A DNA stretch of 64,000 bases. It comes from Thiomicrorhabdus sp. Its GTDB lineage: Bacteria > Pseudomonadota > Gammaproteobacteria > Thiomicrospirales > Thiomicrospiraceae. A model generated the notes under the pieces. It saw only the letters and a program-made list of their open reading frames with translations, was not told the origin of the DNA and did not search any database. Below, in pieces: positions 17,094 to 29,338 of this stretch (position 1 is the first letter of the stretch; each line of letters starts with the position of its first letter). The stretch lies in NCBI RefSeq assembly GCF_963677875.2, contig NZ_CAXXLT010000001.1:139838-203837 (forward strand). The letters run 5' to 3'. Made by a program: the position numbers and the translations under genes.

Positions 17094-18035
17094 TTAAGAA
17101 TTTCGGCCTTTCTTCTTCCGGTACGGATTGGAAAAATCATTTAAATCGTGGACGGTTTTTTTCCCGTAACGTCCTGATTGGGTCCGCGCCGATTTACTGG
17201 CATCGCGCTTGGATAAAGCCGATTTATCCGCTCTTCCGCTATTGTTGGTACGTAAATCCGGCCGCGATTCTTCTGGCAGATCAACGCTTTTGAGCAGTTG
17301 ATTCACCTGCTTCCAGGTCAGTGCTTCGGTTTTTCCTTTGCGCAGATTCCGGGGGAGACTGAATTGACCATAGCGCACTCGATGCAAACGACTGACTTGC
17401 AGTCCCACCGCTTCCCAGATACGCCGGACTTCTCGATTTCGCCCTTCTTTCAGGACGACGCGATACCAACGATTCATTACCTCATCTTCGCTCGGCATGG
17501 CTTGAACACGATCAAATTTAGCCGGTCCGTCATCCAGTTGTACACCCGCCTGCAGCTGCTTGATTATTTCGTCGCTGACTTCGCCGAAAACACGAACCAG
17601 ATACTCCCGTTCGATTTCATAGGAGGGATGCATCATCCGATTCGCCAGCTCGCCGTTATTCGTCAGAATCAGCAAGCCGCTGGTGTTTAGATCCAGACGC
17701 CCGATACTAATCCAACGACCGTTCGGGATGCGCGGTAACTGTGCGAAAATTGTTTGCCGGTCTTTTTCATCCTTCCGGGTGCAGACGCGCCCTTCCGGCT
17801 TATTGTACAGAATGACTTCAGTCGCTTGTTTTTGCAGCCTTTGCTCTCTTATCAGCTGATCCCGAACTTTAATTTTGTCAGCAGCCGTTGCCCGATCGCC
17901 AAGCTTTGCCGTTTTGCCGTTAACTTTTACGAGACCTTGCTGAATGATCTCCTCAACAGATCGTCGTGATCCAAAACCGGCACGGGCAAGAATTTTCTGC
18001 AGTTTTTCACCCTGGGGGGCGTTTTCTTCGTTCAT
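17094..18035 (-). CDS. rluB: 23S rRNA pseudouridine(2605) synthase
   Basis: 313 aa. N-terminal S4 domain (KLQKILARAGFGSRR), RsuA/RluB catalytic motif GRLDLNTSGLL, and a basic C-terminal tail. Confidence 0.9.
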   Translation of the reverse strand: MNEENAPQGEKLQKILARAGFGSRRSVEEIIQQGLVKVNGKTAKLGDRATAADKIKVRDQLIREQRLQKQATEVILYNKPEGRVCTRKDEKDRQTIFAQLPRIPNGRWISIGRLDLNTSGLLILTNNGELANRMMHPSYEIEREYLVRVFGEVSDEIIKQLQAGVQLDDGPAKFDRVQAMPSEDEVMNRWYRVVLKEGRNREVRRIWEAVGLQVSRLHRVRYGQFSLPRNLRKGKTEALTWKQVNQLLKSVDLPEESRPDLRTNNSGRADKSALSKRDASKSARTQSGRYGKKTVHDLNDFSNPYRKKKGRNS

Positions 18036-18126
18036 AAATAGAGTTCGCTTTTTCTAAGTGTCGTGAAATGTTCTGGAGGACAAATTGTGTTCCGCGATTT
18101 GTCACCATCCGAACAACGTCCGGTGG

Positions 18127-18780
18127 TTATAAACCAACCAGACTGAATATCAGCCCTTTTAAGAGATTATAGGGACCAAAAAGTAATGGTGTCAGAACCC
18201 CCAACAACAACAGCCCTAAGAGAATAAAAAAGCCATAAGGTTCGATCCGGTTATATTGCCAGGCCAGTTTCGGTGATAAAAACGCCGAAAGCACTCGGCT
18301 GCCATCCAACGGCGGGATTGGAATCATATTCAAAACCAGCAGAATCAGGTTGATGCTGATTCCAGCCATGCCGGTATACACCATGAAAACACCGATTTCC
18401 GGCAAAGAATGCTGCAAGGATTCACCAATTTTCATCACCAGAGCCCAGCCGATGGCCATTAATAAATTGGCCGCCGGGCCCGCAATCGCAACCCATGCCA
18501 TATCCTGCCTGGGACGTTTCAAATTCTGCATGGTAACGGGAACCGCTTTGGCCCAGCCAAAGACAATGCCTCCCAGCATCAGAAGGGCCAACGGCACAAT
18601 CACGGTTCCGATCGGATCAATATGCTTGATCGGATTCAACGTCAGGCGTCCGAGCATTTTGGCGGTTGGATCACCGAGTCGGTTTGCCATCCAACCATGC
18701 GCGACTTCGTGAACGGTGATGGCAAAAATCACCGGCAAAGTCCAGATGGCGATGGTTTGCATCAAGCTTAATTCGTTCAT
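18127..18780 (-). CDS. site-2 protease family (M50) membrane metalloprotease
   Basis: 217 aa, polytopic. Has the HEVAH zinc motif in TM1 and a downstream NLxPxxPLDG motif (NMIPIPPLDG). Confidence 0.85.
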   Translation of the reverse strand: MNELSLMQTIAIWTLPVIFAITVHEVAHGWMANRLGDPTAKMLGRLTLNPIKHIDPIGTVIVPLALLMLGGIVFGWAKAVPVTMQNLKRPRQDMAWVAIAGPAANLLMAIGWALVMKIGESLQHSLPEIGVFMVYTGMAGISINLILLVLNMIPIPPLDGSRVLSAFLSPKLAWQYNRIEPYGFFILLGLLLLGVLTPLLFGPYNLLKGLIFSLVGL

Positions 18781-19394
18781 AACTGAAACGATCCTTGTCC
18801 CTGACGGACCAAAATTGGCTCGTCGTCGGTAAAATCAATAATCGTCGTCGGTTCAAATCCGCAGAAGCCCCCGTCCAGAACAGCGTCCAAAGCATGGCCG
18901 ACCGTCTCCTGAATTTCCCAGGCTTCGGTCATCGGATAGTCTTCTCCCGGCAGAATAAGACTCGCTGACAATAAAGGACGGTCAAAACGCGACAATAAGG
19001 CATTGGTGACGGTATTCGGCGAAACCCTGAGACCGATGGTTTTTCGTTTCGGAGATTGCATCCGCTTCGGTACTTCGCGGCTAGCCGGGAGCAGAAACGT
19101 ATAAGGTCCGGGAAGATGAGACTTCAAAAAACGAAATTGGGTATTCCCGACTTTGGCATATTCCGATAGATTGCTCAAGTCTTTGCACATCAATGTCAAT
19201 TCATGCCTTTCATCCAGACGACGAATTGCGCGAATCCGATCGGCGCCCTGCTTGTTATCAAAAAGGCAACCAAGAGCATAGCCGGACTCGGTCGGATAAG
19301 CGATCACTCCGCCTTTCTCGAGAATCGTGGAGACCTGATCCAGCAGGCGATCTTGCGGGTTATCGGGATGGACACTTATAAATTGACTGGACAT
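18777..19394 (-). CDS. yciO: Sua5/YciO/YrdC family (threonylcarbamoyl-AMP synthase-like) protein
   Basis: 205 aa. YciO-like sequence (VIAYPTESGYALGC). It sits downstream of trpH, as in E. coli, and has a 4-nt overlap with the M50 gene. Confidence 0.82.
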   Translation of the reverse strand: MSSQFISVHPDNPQDRLLDQVSTILEKGGVIAYPTESGYALGCLFDNKQGADRIRAIRRLDERHELTLMCKDLSNLSEYAKVGNTQFRFLKSHLPGPYTFLLPASREVPKRMQSPKRKTIGLRVSPNTVTNALLSRFDRPLLSASLILPGEDYPMTEAWEIQETVGHALDAVLDGGFCGFEPTTIIDFTDDEPILVRQGQGSFQL

Positions 19395-19579
19395 AGTTGT
19401 TTTCTAATGAGTTTTTAAGGTTGTTCATACGGAACGGATCAATCGGTCGAGAGACGAAGGACGAGCAGAACATTTGAAGTTAAATCGTGTTTCGCGTTTC
19501 TTCGCAGCGCTTCAATTTGCTTGGACGGCCGACGAAAAATTCCGGATAAATTATACTGCAAAGTACAGAATAAAGCAGA

Positions 19580-20416
19580 TTAAAACAGATGCCATACTGG
19601 TTCGACAGTCGGCGGCAAGGGAGCCAGCCAGCCGAGATCGCGCCAGGAATGCTCTGGACGGTGAAAATCCGACCCGGCGGACGCATAAAGGCCGTAACGT
19701 CTGGCTCTGTCGGCCATCCCGATCATATCCGCGCTGGCTCTTGGCCGATTTACCACTTCAATCGCCTGACCACCGGCTTCGATAAAATCTTCGATCAGCA
19801 AGTTCAATTTACGACTGGTTAATTTGTACAATCCGGGATGGGCAATGACTGCAATGCCGCCGGCATTCCGTATCCAGCCAACGACATCCTGCAGATCGGG
19901 CCATTCCGCCTTGACATAGCCGATACGTCCTTTCTTTAAGAAACGATCAAACGCTTGTTGGGTATTTTTAACTCTTCCTTCACGGATCAGCAATTCTGCA
20001 AAGTGTCCTCTGCCGACAACCCCATCGCCGACCAGCCTATCGAGTTTTTGCGGCATTTCGGGAAGATTGAAATGACGATGTTGCTGGAATTTTTCAAGCA
20101 TGGCTTGCGCCCTTTCCTGTCGCTTTTGGCGGATTTGCGCCAGACCGGTTTGCAGCTCAATCTGCTGAACCTGAAAATTTAAGGCAACGATATGAATCGT
20201 TCGATCTTGCCATGTACAGGAAATTTCGACACCGGGAATCAAATTCAAAGCCGGCAGAGCCTCCGCTTCGCTTTGCAGAATCTCATAACCACGAGTGGTA
20301 TCGTGATCGGTGATCGCCAGGCAATCGATCCGGCGTTCAAGCGCTCGCTGTAAAAGCTCACTAGGAGATAAGCTGCCGTCCGAGGCACTGGTGTGACAAT
20401 GTAAATCCACTTTCAT
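19580..20416 (-). CDS. trpH: PHP-domain phosphoesterase TrpH/YciV (RNase AM)
   Basis: 278 aa. N-terminal DLHCHTSASDG PHP motif; AIAHP and GSDFH motifs. Confidence 0.87.
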   Translation of the reverse strand: MKVDLHCHTSASDGSLSPSELLQRALERRIDCLAITDHDTTRGYEILQSEAEALPALNLIPGVEISCTWQDRTIHIVALNFQVQQIELQTGLAQIRQKRQERAQAMLEKFQQHRHFNLPEMPQKLDRLVGDGVVGRGHFAELLIREGRVKNTQQAFDRFLKKGRIGYVKAEWPDLQDVVGWIRNAGGIAVIAHPGLYKLTSRKLNLLIEDFIEAGGQAIEVVNRPRASADMIGMADRARRYGLYASAGSDFHRPEHSWRDLGWLAPLPPTVEPVWHLF

Positions 20417-20673
20417 CTAAAATTCTTGATCCTCGATTTTCGATTTTTAGGCGCCACGAGGCGACGTTTTCAGCAACCATCTTGATGGTACCGACTAACC
20501 GCCTTTGTACGCTTTCTGTTTAGGGATTATTTTAACAGCCCGGCGGATGTAATATCCAAGTGCGTTCATGCAACATTGATTAAAAAACACTGTAACTATC
20601 GGTTCGACGCTTTTATTCCGAATGAATCCCGGCTAGAATTTGGGCTTGAAAATTAACCTCAAAAGTCGTTTCC

Positions 20674-21261
20674 ATGAAATTTTTATTTGATTTTTTTCCA
20701 ATTGTTCTCTTTTTCATCGCTTATAAAACCTACGATATTTACACTGCCACTGCCGTGATTATTGCCGCGACAGCCGTACAGGTCAGTTATGTGTATCTGA
20801 AACATCGCCGGGTTGAAAAAATGCACCTGATCACTTTGGCATTGATTGTGATTCTTGGCGGTTTGACTCTTGCATTGCAGGATGAGGCGTTTATTAAATG
20901 GAAACCGACCATCGTCAACTGGGGGTTTGCTCTGGTGTTTGCCGGCAGTCATTTCATTGGTCAGAAGCCAATCATCCAGCGCATGATGGATCAGGCCATT
21001 CATTTGCCTCAGGAGATCTGGTTCCGTCTGAGCTGGTTATGGGTCGCCTTCTTTATCCTGTCCGGTATCGTCAACCTGTACGTTGCCTACCAGTACGACA
21101 CCGATACCTGGGTAAACTTCAAACTTTTCGGCCTGATGGGAATGACGCTGATCTTTATTCTTTTGCAGGGTTTATACATCAGCCGCTATTTACAGGAATC
21201 AGATTCCGAAGCCGAAGCGGAATCTCTGATTGAAAACGACGAAAAAGAACCTTCGAAATAA
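20674..21261 (+). CDS. yciB: inner-membrane septation protein YciB
   Basis: 195 aa. MKFLFDFFPIVLFFIAYK N-terminus and 5 TM helices, with an extra acidic C-terminal tail. Confidence 0.9.
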   Translation: MKFLFDFFPIVLFFIAYKTYDIYTATAVIIAATAVQVSYVYLKHRRVEKMHLITLALIVILGGLTLALQDEAFIKWKPTIVNWGFALVFAGSHFIGQKPIIQRMMDQAIHLPQEIWFRLSWLWVAFFILSGIVNLYVAYQYDTDTWVNFKLFGLMGMTLIFILLQGLYISRYLQESDSEAEAESLIENDEKEPSK

Positions 21262-21292
21262 GGTTGTACCATTTTGAAATAAAAGGATTCAC

Positions 21293-21604
21293 ATGCTGTA
21301 CTCAATTTTTGCACACGATGTCGCCGATAGCCTGCCCCTTCGTGTTGAAGCCAGGCCGGCTCATATTGCCCGCCTGCAAGCACTCGATGAAGCTGGCCGT
21401 TTAATTCTTGCAGGACCGAACCCGGCAATCGACAGTATGGAGCCCGGGGAAAAAGGGTTTACCGGCAGTTTGATCGTGGCGGAATTCGATTCCCTTCAAC
21501 AGGCTCAGGAATGGGCGAATCAGGACCCTTACATGGCCGCAGGCGTCTACAGCAAAGTGGAAGTAAAACCCTTTAAGCAGGTCTTTCCAAAAAGCGAAAT
21601 TTAG
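21293..21604 (+). CDS. YciI family protein
   Basis: 103 aa. YciI-like fold signature (RPAHIARL...AGP...[10 protein letters not shown]...A..W...DPY). Confidence 0.8.
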   Translation: MLYSIFAHDVADSLPLRVEARPAHIARLQALDEAGRLILAGPNPAIDSMEPGEKGFTGSLIVAEFDSLQQAQEWANQDPYMAAGVYSKVEVKPFKQVFPKSEI

Positions 21605-21652
21605 GCTATTGTGAGAACTGTTTAATCGATTGTGCATCGCGGAGAATTATTC

Positions 21653-22114
21653 ATGTCCAACCTCGCCTATCTCATTCCGAAACGTCAGCAAAAAAGTGCC
21701 ATGCGGGATATTGAACCTATGGAACTTATGGATACCGATTTCGTTCAGATTCCTCTTCTGGGATGGACCTCCGCCGGTGATCCGGTTCAAATGGAGATGG
21801 ATTACGAGACCGTATCAGTACCTTCCTGTCTGGCGAAAAAAGAGACTTTTGCCTTGAGAGTCAAGGGGTGTTCGATGGTCGACGAAAACATCCATGACGG
21901 CGATATCGTTATCATTGAGCGCAGTGCCTCCGCCGAAAACGGTGAATCGGTTGTGGTACGCATCAACAATGAAGAAGTAACAATGAAACGCCTGTTCATC
22001 GAAAAAGACGGGGTTCGCCTGCAACCGGCCAACGAAGAGATGGAACCGATTTATCTGAAAAACGAAAATATCGACATTCTTGGCATCGTGCGCGGAATCC
22101 TGCGCCAGCCCTGA
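21653..22114 (+). CDS. LexA-type S24 peptidase domain protein lacking the N-terminal DNA-binding domain
   Basis: 153 aa from ATG 21653 (GGAGAA RBS 6 nt upstream). It aligns with E. coli LexA residues ~75-202: IPLLGWTSAGDP (Ala-Gly cleavage site), LRVKGCSM (Ser nucleophile), EEVTMKRL (Lys). Only ~30 residues precede the hinge. Confidence 0.82.
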   Translation: MSNLAYLIPKRQQKSAMRDIEPMELMDTDFVQIPLLGWTSAGDPVQMEMDYETVSVPSCLAKKETFALRVKGCSMVDENIHDGDIVIIERSASAENGESVVVRINNEEVTMKRLFIEKDGVRLQPANEEMEPIYLKNENIDILGIVRGILRQP

Positions 22115-22196
22115 CGAGTCTTCAATACTTTAACACCAATGACTCCGGCAGCGGCTTTGCGGCACACGGACGGAGTATTGCCTTGCGGATTTCAAA

Positions 22197-22694
22197 ATGC
22201 ATTCACAAATTCAACTGCTGATAACCGGCGGGACGCTCGATAAAGACTACCACCCGCAGCGAGGTGAGCTGTATTTCCCAGACTCCCATCTTGAAAAGAT
22301 GCTCCAGCAAGCCAATTGCCGCCTGCCACTTCAATGCGAAGTTCTGATGCAGAAAGACAGCTTGGATATGGAGCCTGCGGACCGTACGCTGATTGCCGAA
22401 GCTTGTCTGAAAAGCGATGCGGCACAGATCGTGATCACCCACGGCACGGATACAATGGTCGAAACGGCCTTGCACTTGCAGAACACACCAGCCTTGCGCG
22501 GAAAGACCATTGTTTTGACCGGAGCCATGCGCCCTTTTGCGCTTGGACATTCGGACGCACTGTTTAATCTCGGCAGCGCACTTTGTGCCGTCCAGCTTAA
22601 AAACGCCGGTGTCTACCTTTGCATGAACGGAAAAGTTTTCTCAGCCGATCATGTCACCAAAAATCGTTCTCTCGGTGTTTTCGAGTCGATTTGA
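22197..22694 (+). CDS. short asparaginase-domain protein
   Basis: 165 aa. LLITGGTLDKDY and ITHGTDTM motifs of the asparaginase/glutaminase N-terminal domain; no C-terminal domain. Confidence 0.75.
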   Translation: MHSQIQLLITGGTLDKDYHPQRGELYFPDSHLEKMLQQANCRLPLQCEVLMQKDSLDMEPADRTLIAEACLKSDAAQIVITHGTDTMVETALHLQNTPALRGKTIVLTGAMRPFALGHSDALFNLGSALCAVQLKNAGVYLCMNGKVFSADHVTKNRSLGVFESI

Positions 22695-22730
22695 CTCGGA
22701 AACCCACTTCCTTTTCGGCCATAAATTTCG

Positions 22731-23624
22731 ATGAATCTTGCCATTTTCTCCGCTTATCTGGGCGTTGTTTTAATTTGGACAACGACCCCTTTGGCTATTG
22801 TCTGGGGTGCGCAGGCGGACTGGTTTTTCGCCGTGGCAACCAGAACGCTGATTGCTGCGGTGATTGCTTTGCCGATCCTGTTCTGGATCAGACCACAATG
22901 GCGCTGGCCGGGAATGCATCGCTGGCGGCTTTGGAGCTATGCAGCCCTGCCGGTATTCGGTGGTATGACGCTGATGTATTGGGCGGGACAGCACTTGAAT
23001 TCCGGATGGATTGCCGTCATTTTTGCCTTAACGCCGATTATCACCGGACTTTTATCTCCCTGGTTGCTGACAGGCTATAAACTAACGACAGTGAAAATGC
23101 TGTCCGTGCTGATCAGTTTCAGTGGACTGGTTATAATTTTTCACTCGAATTTGCACGATTTTCAAAGCACTCAGTGGCTGGCGATTGCAGCAGCCTTACT
23201 TTCGGTTCTGATCCATTCGTTCGGAACTTTATTGGTTAAAAAACATGCAGATAAAGGCTCAAGTCTCGAATTTACCTTAGGGGCATTATGGATGAGTGTT
23301 GCCGGTCTTTTTCTCATATCGCAGATGCCGTGGATCGATTGGAGTCGACCAAACGATTTGTCTCGAATCGCTTTGGCAGCGATTGTTTATGCAGCTACCT
23401 TCGGTTCCCTGATCGGCTTTGTGCTTTATTACTACCTTTTGAAACGCATCGACGCGATGCGCCTGGCACTGATACCGGTAATCACGCCGGTATTTGCTTT
23501 GTTATTGGGACATTATTTGAATGGCGAGGCCCTGAATTCGCAAATTTTACTGGGCGCTGGGCTGGTTTTGGCTGGCTTACTGCTATTCGAAGGACGTTTC
23601 ATCAGAAAAGAACGCCCTTATTGA
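22731..23624 (+). CDS. EamA/DMT family transporter
   Basis: 297 aa, 10 TM helices in two EamA-like halves. Confidence 0.85.
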   Translation: MNLAIFSAYLGVVLIWTTTPLAIVWGAQADWFFAVATRTLIAAVIALPILFWIRPQWRWPGMHRWRLWSYAALPVFGGMTLMYWAGQHLNSGWIAVIFALTPIITGLLSPWLLTGYKLTTVKMLSVLISFSGLVIIFHSNLHDFQSTQWLAIAAALLSVLIHSFGTLLVKKHADKGSSLEFTLGALWMSVAGLFLISQMPWIDWSRPNDLSRIALAAIVYAATFGSLIGFVLYYYLLKRIDAMRLALIPVITPVFALLLGHYLNGEALNSQILLGAGLVLAGLLLFEGRFIRKERPY

Positions 23625-23644
23625 CGAGGTTCGAAACGGCCTGC

Positions 23645-26222
<2,578 letters not shown>

Positions 26223-26273
26223 TCAATTCTGTATCCCGGCTGCATTAAAAATGGAAAGACTTTTATGTGGCGC

Positions 26274-27086
26274 TTATTCGCCCTGTTCGAATTGCTCGGC
26301 TTTCTGCTGCATGGCCATTAAATCCGATTCTTTAACCAGATGGCGTTGCATGTCATAAATACGACCGTTCAAGCGTTGCGATATTTTGCGGGCAATTAAA
26401 ATAAAATCTTTCATCGCCTGAACCGAGTCGATACAGGTCGGCAATTCGAGAATCAGTGCGACACCGGGCGAACTGTGCTGCTCCAACGGATCCGGTGGAA
26501 AAGTTCCAGGTTCCAGCATGTTGGCAACCTTAATGATTTCGTTGCCTTTACCATCTTCGCGGCAATAAATTGCTTTGCTGTGCGAATAACTCAAATCAAC
26601 CGATTGCAAAGCATGATGCAACTGTTGCATTGAAAAATCCTGAGAACCTAGAACCAGCAGGACAAACAATTCGCTCTGCTGTGCCGGTTTCGGTTCAGGC
26701 GGCAACTCGTTATTCAACTCCACCGGTTCCAGTCTGGCTTTCTGCGGTGCCTCTTCACGAAGAGTTATTTCCGGTTGCAATGTTTCGCTTTCTGGCAGAT
26801 CAAAATCTTCTCCAAACGTCAGTGCCTGCTGATTCGGATCAATCTCCGGCAGTTCTTCCCCCATCAGATGAAGTCTTTGTTCGGTTTTCTGAGAAACGGG
26901 TTCGTGAGGCTCGCCGAGGTTATTCAAGGCTTCGGAAGCTTCTTTTTTCGAGTCGACCGGTGTTTCGACGGACGACGACTGTTCGTGCGGTTTTTGTGAA
27001 GAGTGGTTTTTTCGCCGGCTTAGTAAATAAAGTACTAAGATTACGATGACCGCAAATACGACCAATACCTGCTGTAATTCATTCAT
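26274..27086 (-). CDS. zipA: cell division protein ZipA
   Basis: 270 aa. N-terminal TM anchor, P/Q/E-rich linker and a C-terminal FtsZ-binding domain. It sits immediately upstream of ligA, as in other gammaproteobacteria. Confidence 0.85.
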   Translation of the reverse strand: MNELQQVLVVFAVIVILVLYLLSRRKNHSSQKPHEQSSSVETPVDSKKEASEALNNLGEPHEPVSQKTEQRLHLMGEELPEIDPNQQALTFGEDFDLPESETLQPEITLREEAPQKARLEPVELNNELPPEPKPAQQSELFVLLVLGSQDFSMQQLHHALQSVDLSYSHSKAIYCREDGKGNEIIKVANMLEPGTFPPDPLEQHSSPGVALILELPTCIDSVQAMKDFILIARKISQRLNGRIYDMQRHLVKESDLMAMQQKAEQFEQGE

Positions 27087-27350
27087 TTGAACAGTCCTAA
27101 AATCTTGTTACAACACTGCAAAAAGAAAAGTGCATGAGTCTTTCTTCGCCTGCGGCAGCCTGTGCCCTCAAATACATCGCCGATTTTTTTAATCTGATTT
27201 TTCGTGCGACAAAGCGAAATACTTTAACGGGAAATTGTACCTTCATTGCTTTGATCATTTCCACTTTCTTGGAAGAAATTTTGATCTTCAAACAGGATCA
27301 ATCACTTATAATAATTTTCCTTTTTCATTGATCTCCCGGGCCCGAAAAAC

Positions 27351-28826
27351 ATGAATGCTTCGCCAAAGAAAACCCTATCGGTGCCAGCAGATGCTCGACA
27401 AGTTTTGGGGATCGACTTCGGTACATCCGGTGTTAGAGCCTGTCTGATCGAGCGACGAGTGGACGCGCGCGCAACCTCGAAAGCCTCCTTTCCCGCCCCG
27501 AACCAGGATCGGATTCTAGCCAAGGTGCGGGCGAATTACGGACAAGGGGAACAGTGCCCCGATACCTGGCTGAGAGCCTTGGAGTCGGTTCTGAAATCCA
27601 TGTTAGAAGAACACCCGCTTGATGCTCTCGACTTCATTGTTTGTGACGCCACTTCATCCAGCGTCCTTCTAACGGATGCCGCAAACCGACCTCTCAGCGA
27701 AACCATGATGTATTTCCGTCAAGATGCCACCGCCGAAGCCGAAGACGTTGACCGACTCCTAAGTCGCCAGAAAACCGAGAGCGCTGCCCAGGGTGCCGCC
27801 AGCACTCTATGCAAAGTACTTTATCTTTTAAAACAAACCGATAGCACCCTTTCTTCGGTATCAGCTTCGAGCTCTTTGCAGATTCGCCATCAGGTAGACA
27901 TCATTAATTATGCCTTGTGCGGCTCGTCAAAAACCGATTATAACAACGCACTCAAACTGGGATTTGATGCGCAAAGCATGCATTGGCCAGAGTGGATTTT
28001 GCAACTCTTGCGTCAACACCACCCATCGATTTCCCTGCCGGAAGTTGTGGAACCCGGAAGTATTCTAGGCAAAATCTCCTCCCAATGGGTTGAGAATTTT
28101 TCCATTAATCCACATTGTAAAGTCTGTGCCGGAACGACCGATAGCATCGCCGGATTTCTGGCCTCCGGTGCTGAACGCATCGGCGATGCGGTGACCTCTC
28201 TCGGAACCACTCTGGCAGTAAAACTGCTCTCCTCCTGGCCGGTTTTTTCCAGCCGTTATGGCATTTACAGCCACCGGCTTGGAAACCAGTGGTTGGTTGG
28301 CGGTGCCTCAAACACGGGAGGCAATAGCTTACTGGCACACTACTCTCTTGAAGAACTTACCCAGCTACTGCAGTCTATGCAAGCCGTTTACCAATTGCAT
28401 TCCGAGAAATATGCTTTGGAATCTTTAATAAATTGCTTTAAATGCACTTTCAGCCTGAAAAACCTTTATCCTCTGGCATCCAGCGGCGAACGTTTCCCGA
28501 TTTCGGATCCGCAACTCCAACCCAGCTTACCGCCGGCACCGAGAGTCGCTCTGCAAGCTGCCTTGCAAAGCAAAGATCCTGAATTTCTGCGGGAACACTG
28601 CTGCTTTTTGTTCGGATTAATGTATGCTTTGGCAGACGTTGAGCGCATTGCTTACCTTCGCCTGGAAGAAATGGGAGCCTCTTCTCTGGAGACTCTTTTC
28701 AGTGTCGGCGGTGGAAATAAGAATATTCTCTGGACGGCTTTGCGTCACGAGCTGATTTCAGCCAGCCACAAGCCTGCCCGTAATCAGGACGCCGCTTATG
28801 GCGTAACCAGATTAATCAAGCTATGA
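27351..28826 (+). CDS. FGGY-family carbohydrate kinase (substrate unknown)
   Basis: 491 aa. LGIDFGTSGVRACL phosphate-1 motif, GTTDSIAGFLA, GGASNTGG, and a C-terminal VGGGNKN adenosine motif. Confidence 0.85.
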   Translation: MNASPKKTLSVPADARQVLGIDFGTSGVRACLIERRVDARATSKASFPAPNQDRILAKVRANYGQGEQCPDTWLRALESVLKSMLEEHPLDALDFIVCDATSSSVLLTDAANRPLSETMMYFRQDATAEAEDVDRLLSRQKTESAAQGAASTLCKVLYLLKQTDSTLSSVSASSSLQIRHQVDIINYALCGSSKTDYNNALKLGFDAQSMHWPEWILQLLRQHHPSISLPEVVEPGSILGKISSQWVENFSINPHCKVCAGTTDSIAGFLASGAERIGDAVTSLGTTLAVKLLSSWPVFSSRYGIYSHRLGNQWLVGGASNTGGNSLLAHYSLEELTQLLQSMQAVYQLHSEKYALESLINCFKCTFSLKNLYPLASSGERFPISDPQLQPSLPPAPRVALQAALQSKDPEFLREHCCFLFGLMYALADVERIAYLRLEEMGASSLETLFSVGGGNKNILWTALRHELISASHKPARNQDAAYGVTRLIKL

Positions 28827-28898
28827 AGCTGAGAGAAAGAAGCCGGTGAAATGGCTGATTCTCCCTCAACCGATTTAAATAAAAAAGGAAAAACTTTA

Positions 28899-29252
28899 AT
28901 GTCAACTATTCATAACAGTCAGGAATTAATCGCAGCGCTGAAAGATGCACCGGTTGATTTTAAAACCGTCATGCAGGTTATTGATTCGGAATACGAATTT
29001 GCCCCGACAGCCTTCAAAAATGGAGAAACATTCAATGAAGCCGGCAGTAACAACGGTTCATGCAAGGTGTTTGCTTTTGGAGAGTTACATCAGCTTTCGG
29101 AACAGCAGACATTAAACGCTTTCGGAGATTTTTACTGCCAGGATGTGCTGCAACATCCTGAAAACGAAGATCATCAAAACATCCGTAACTTTATGAGTTA
29201 CGGCTGGAAAGGCATCGAGTTTTCCGGCACGGCACTGGTCAAAAAAGAATAA
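28899..29252 (+). CDS. HopJ (HopPmaJ) family protein
   Basis: 117 aa from ATG 28899 (AAGGA RBS). Conserved NNGSCKVFAFG and NFMSYGW segments typical of the family. Confidence 0.78.
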   Translation: MSTIHNSQELIAALKDAPVDFKTVMQVIDSEYEFAPTAFKNGETFNEAGSNNGSCKVFAFGELHQLSEQQTLNAFGDFYCQDVLQHPENEDHQNIRNFMSYGWKGIEFSGTALVKKE

Positions 29253-29265
29253 ATCGCTTCAAGCA

Positions 29266-29312
29266 AAGAAAAACCCCGTTAAGAAAAGGAAACTTAACGG
29301 GGTTTTTCTTTT
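29266..29312. terminator. bidirectional Rho-independent terminator
   Basis: Perfect 13-bp stem AAACCCCGTTAAG / CTTAACGGGGTTT, flanked by an A-run and TTTTTCTTTT. Confidence 0.8.
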
Positions 29313-29338
29313 AAGAATCAATAAAAAATCGTCTTAAA

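Noticed and set aside
21618-21633. SOS-box-like sequence CTGT-N8-TTGT upstream of the truncated lexA-like gene.
   Set aside because: The right half-site is TTGT, not ACAG, so this is only a half-site and not a credible LexA operator.
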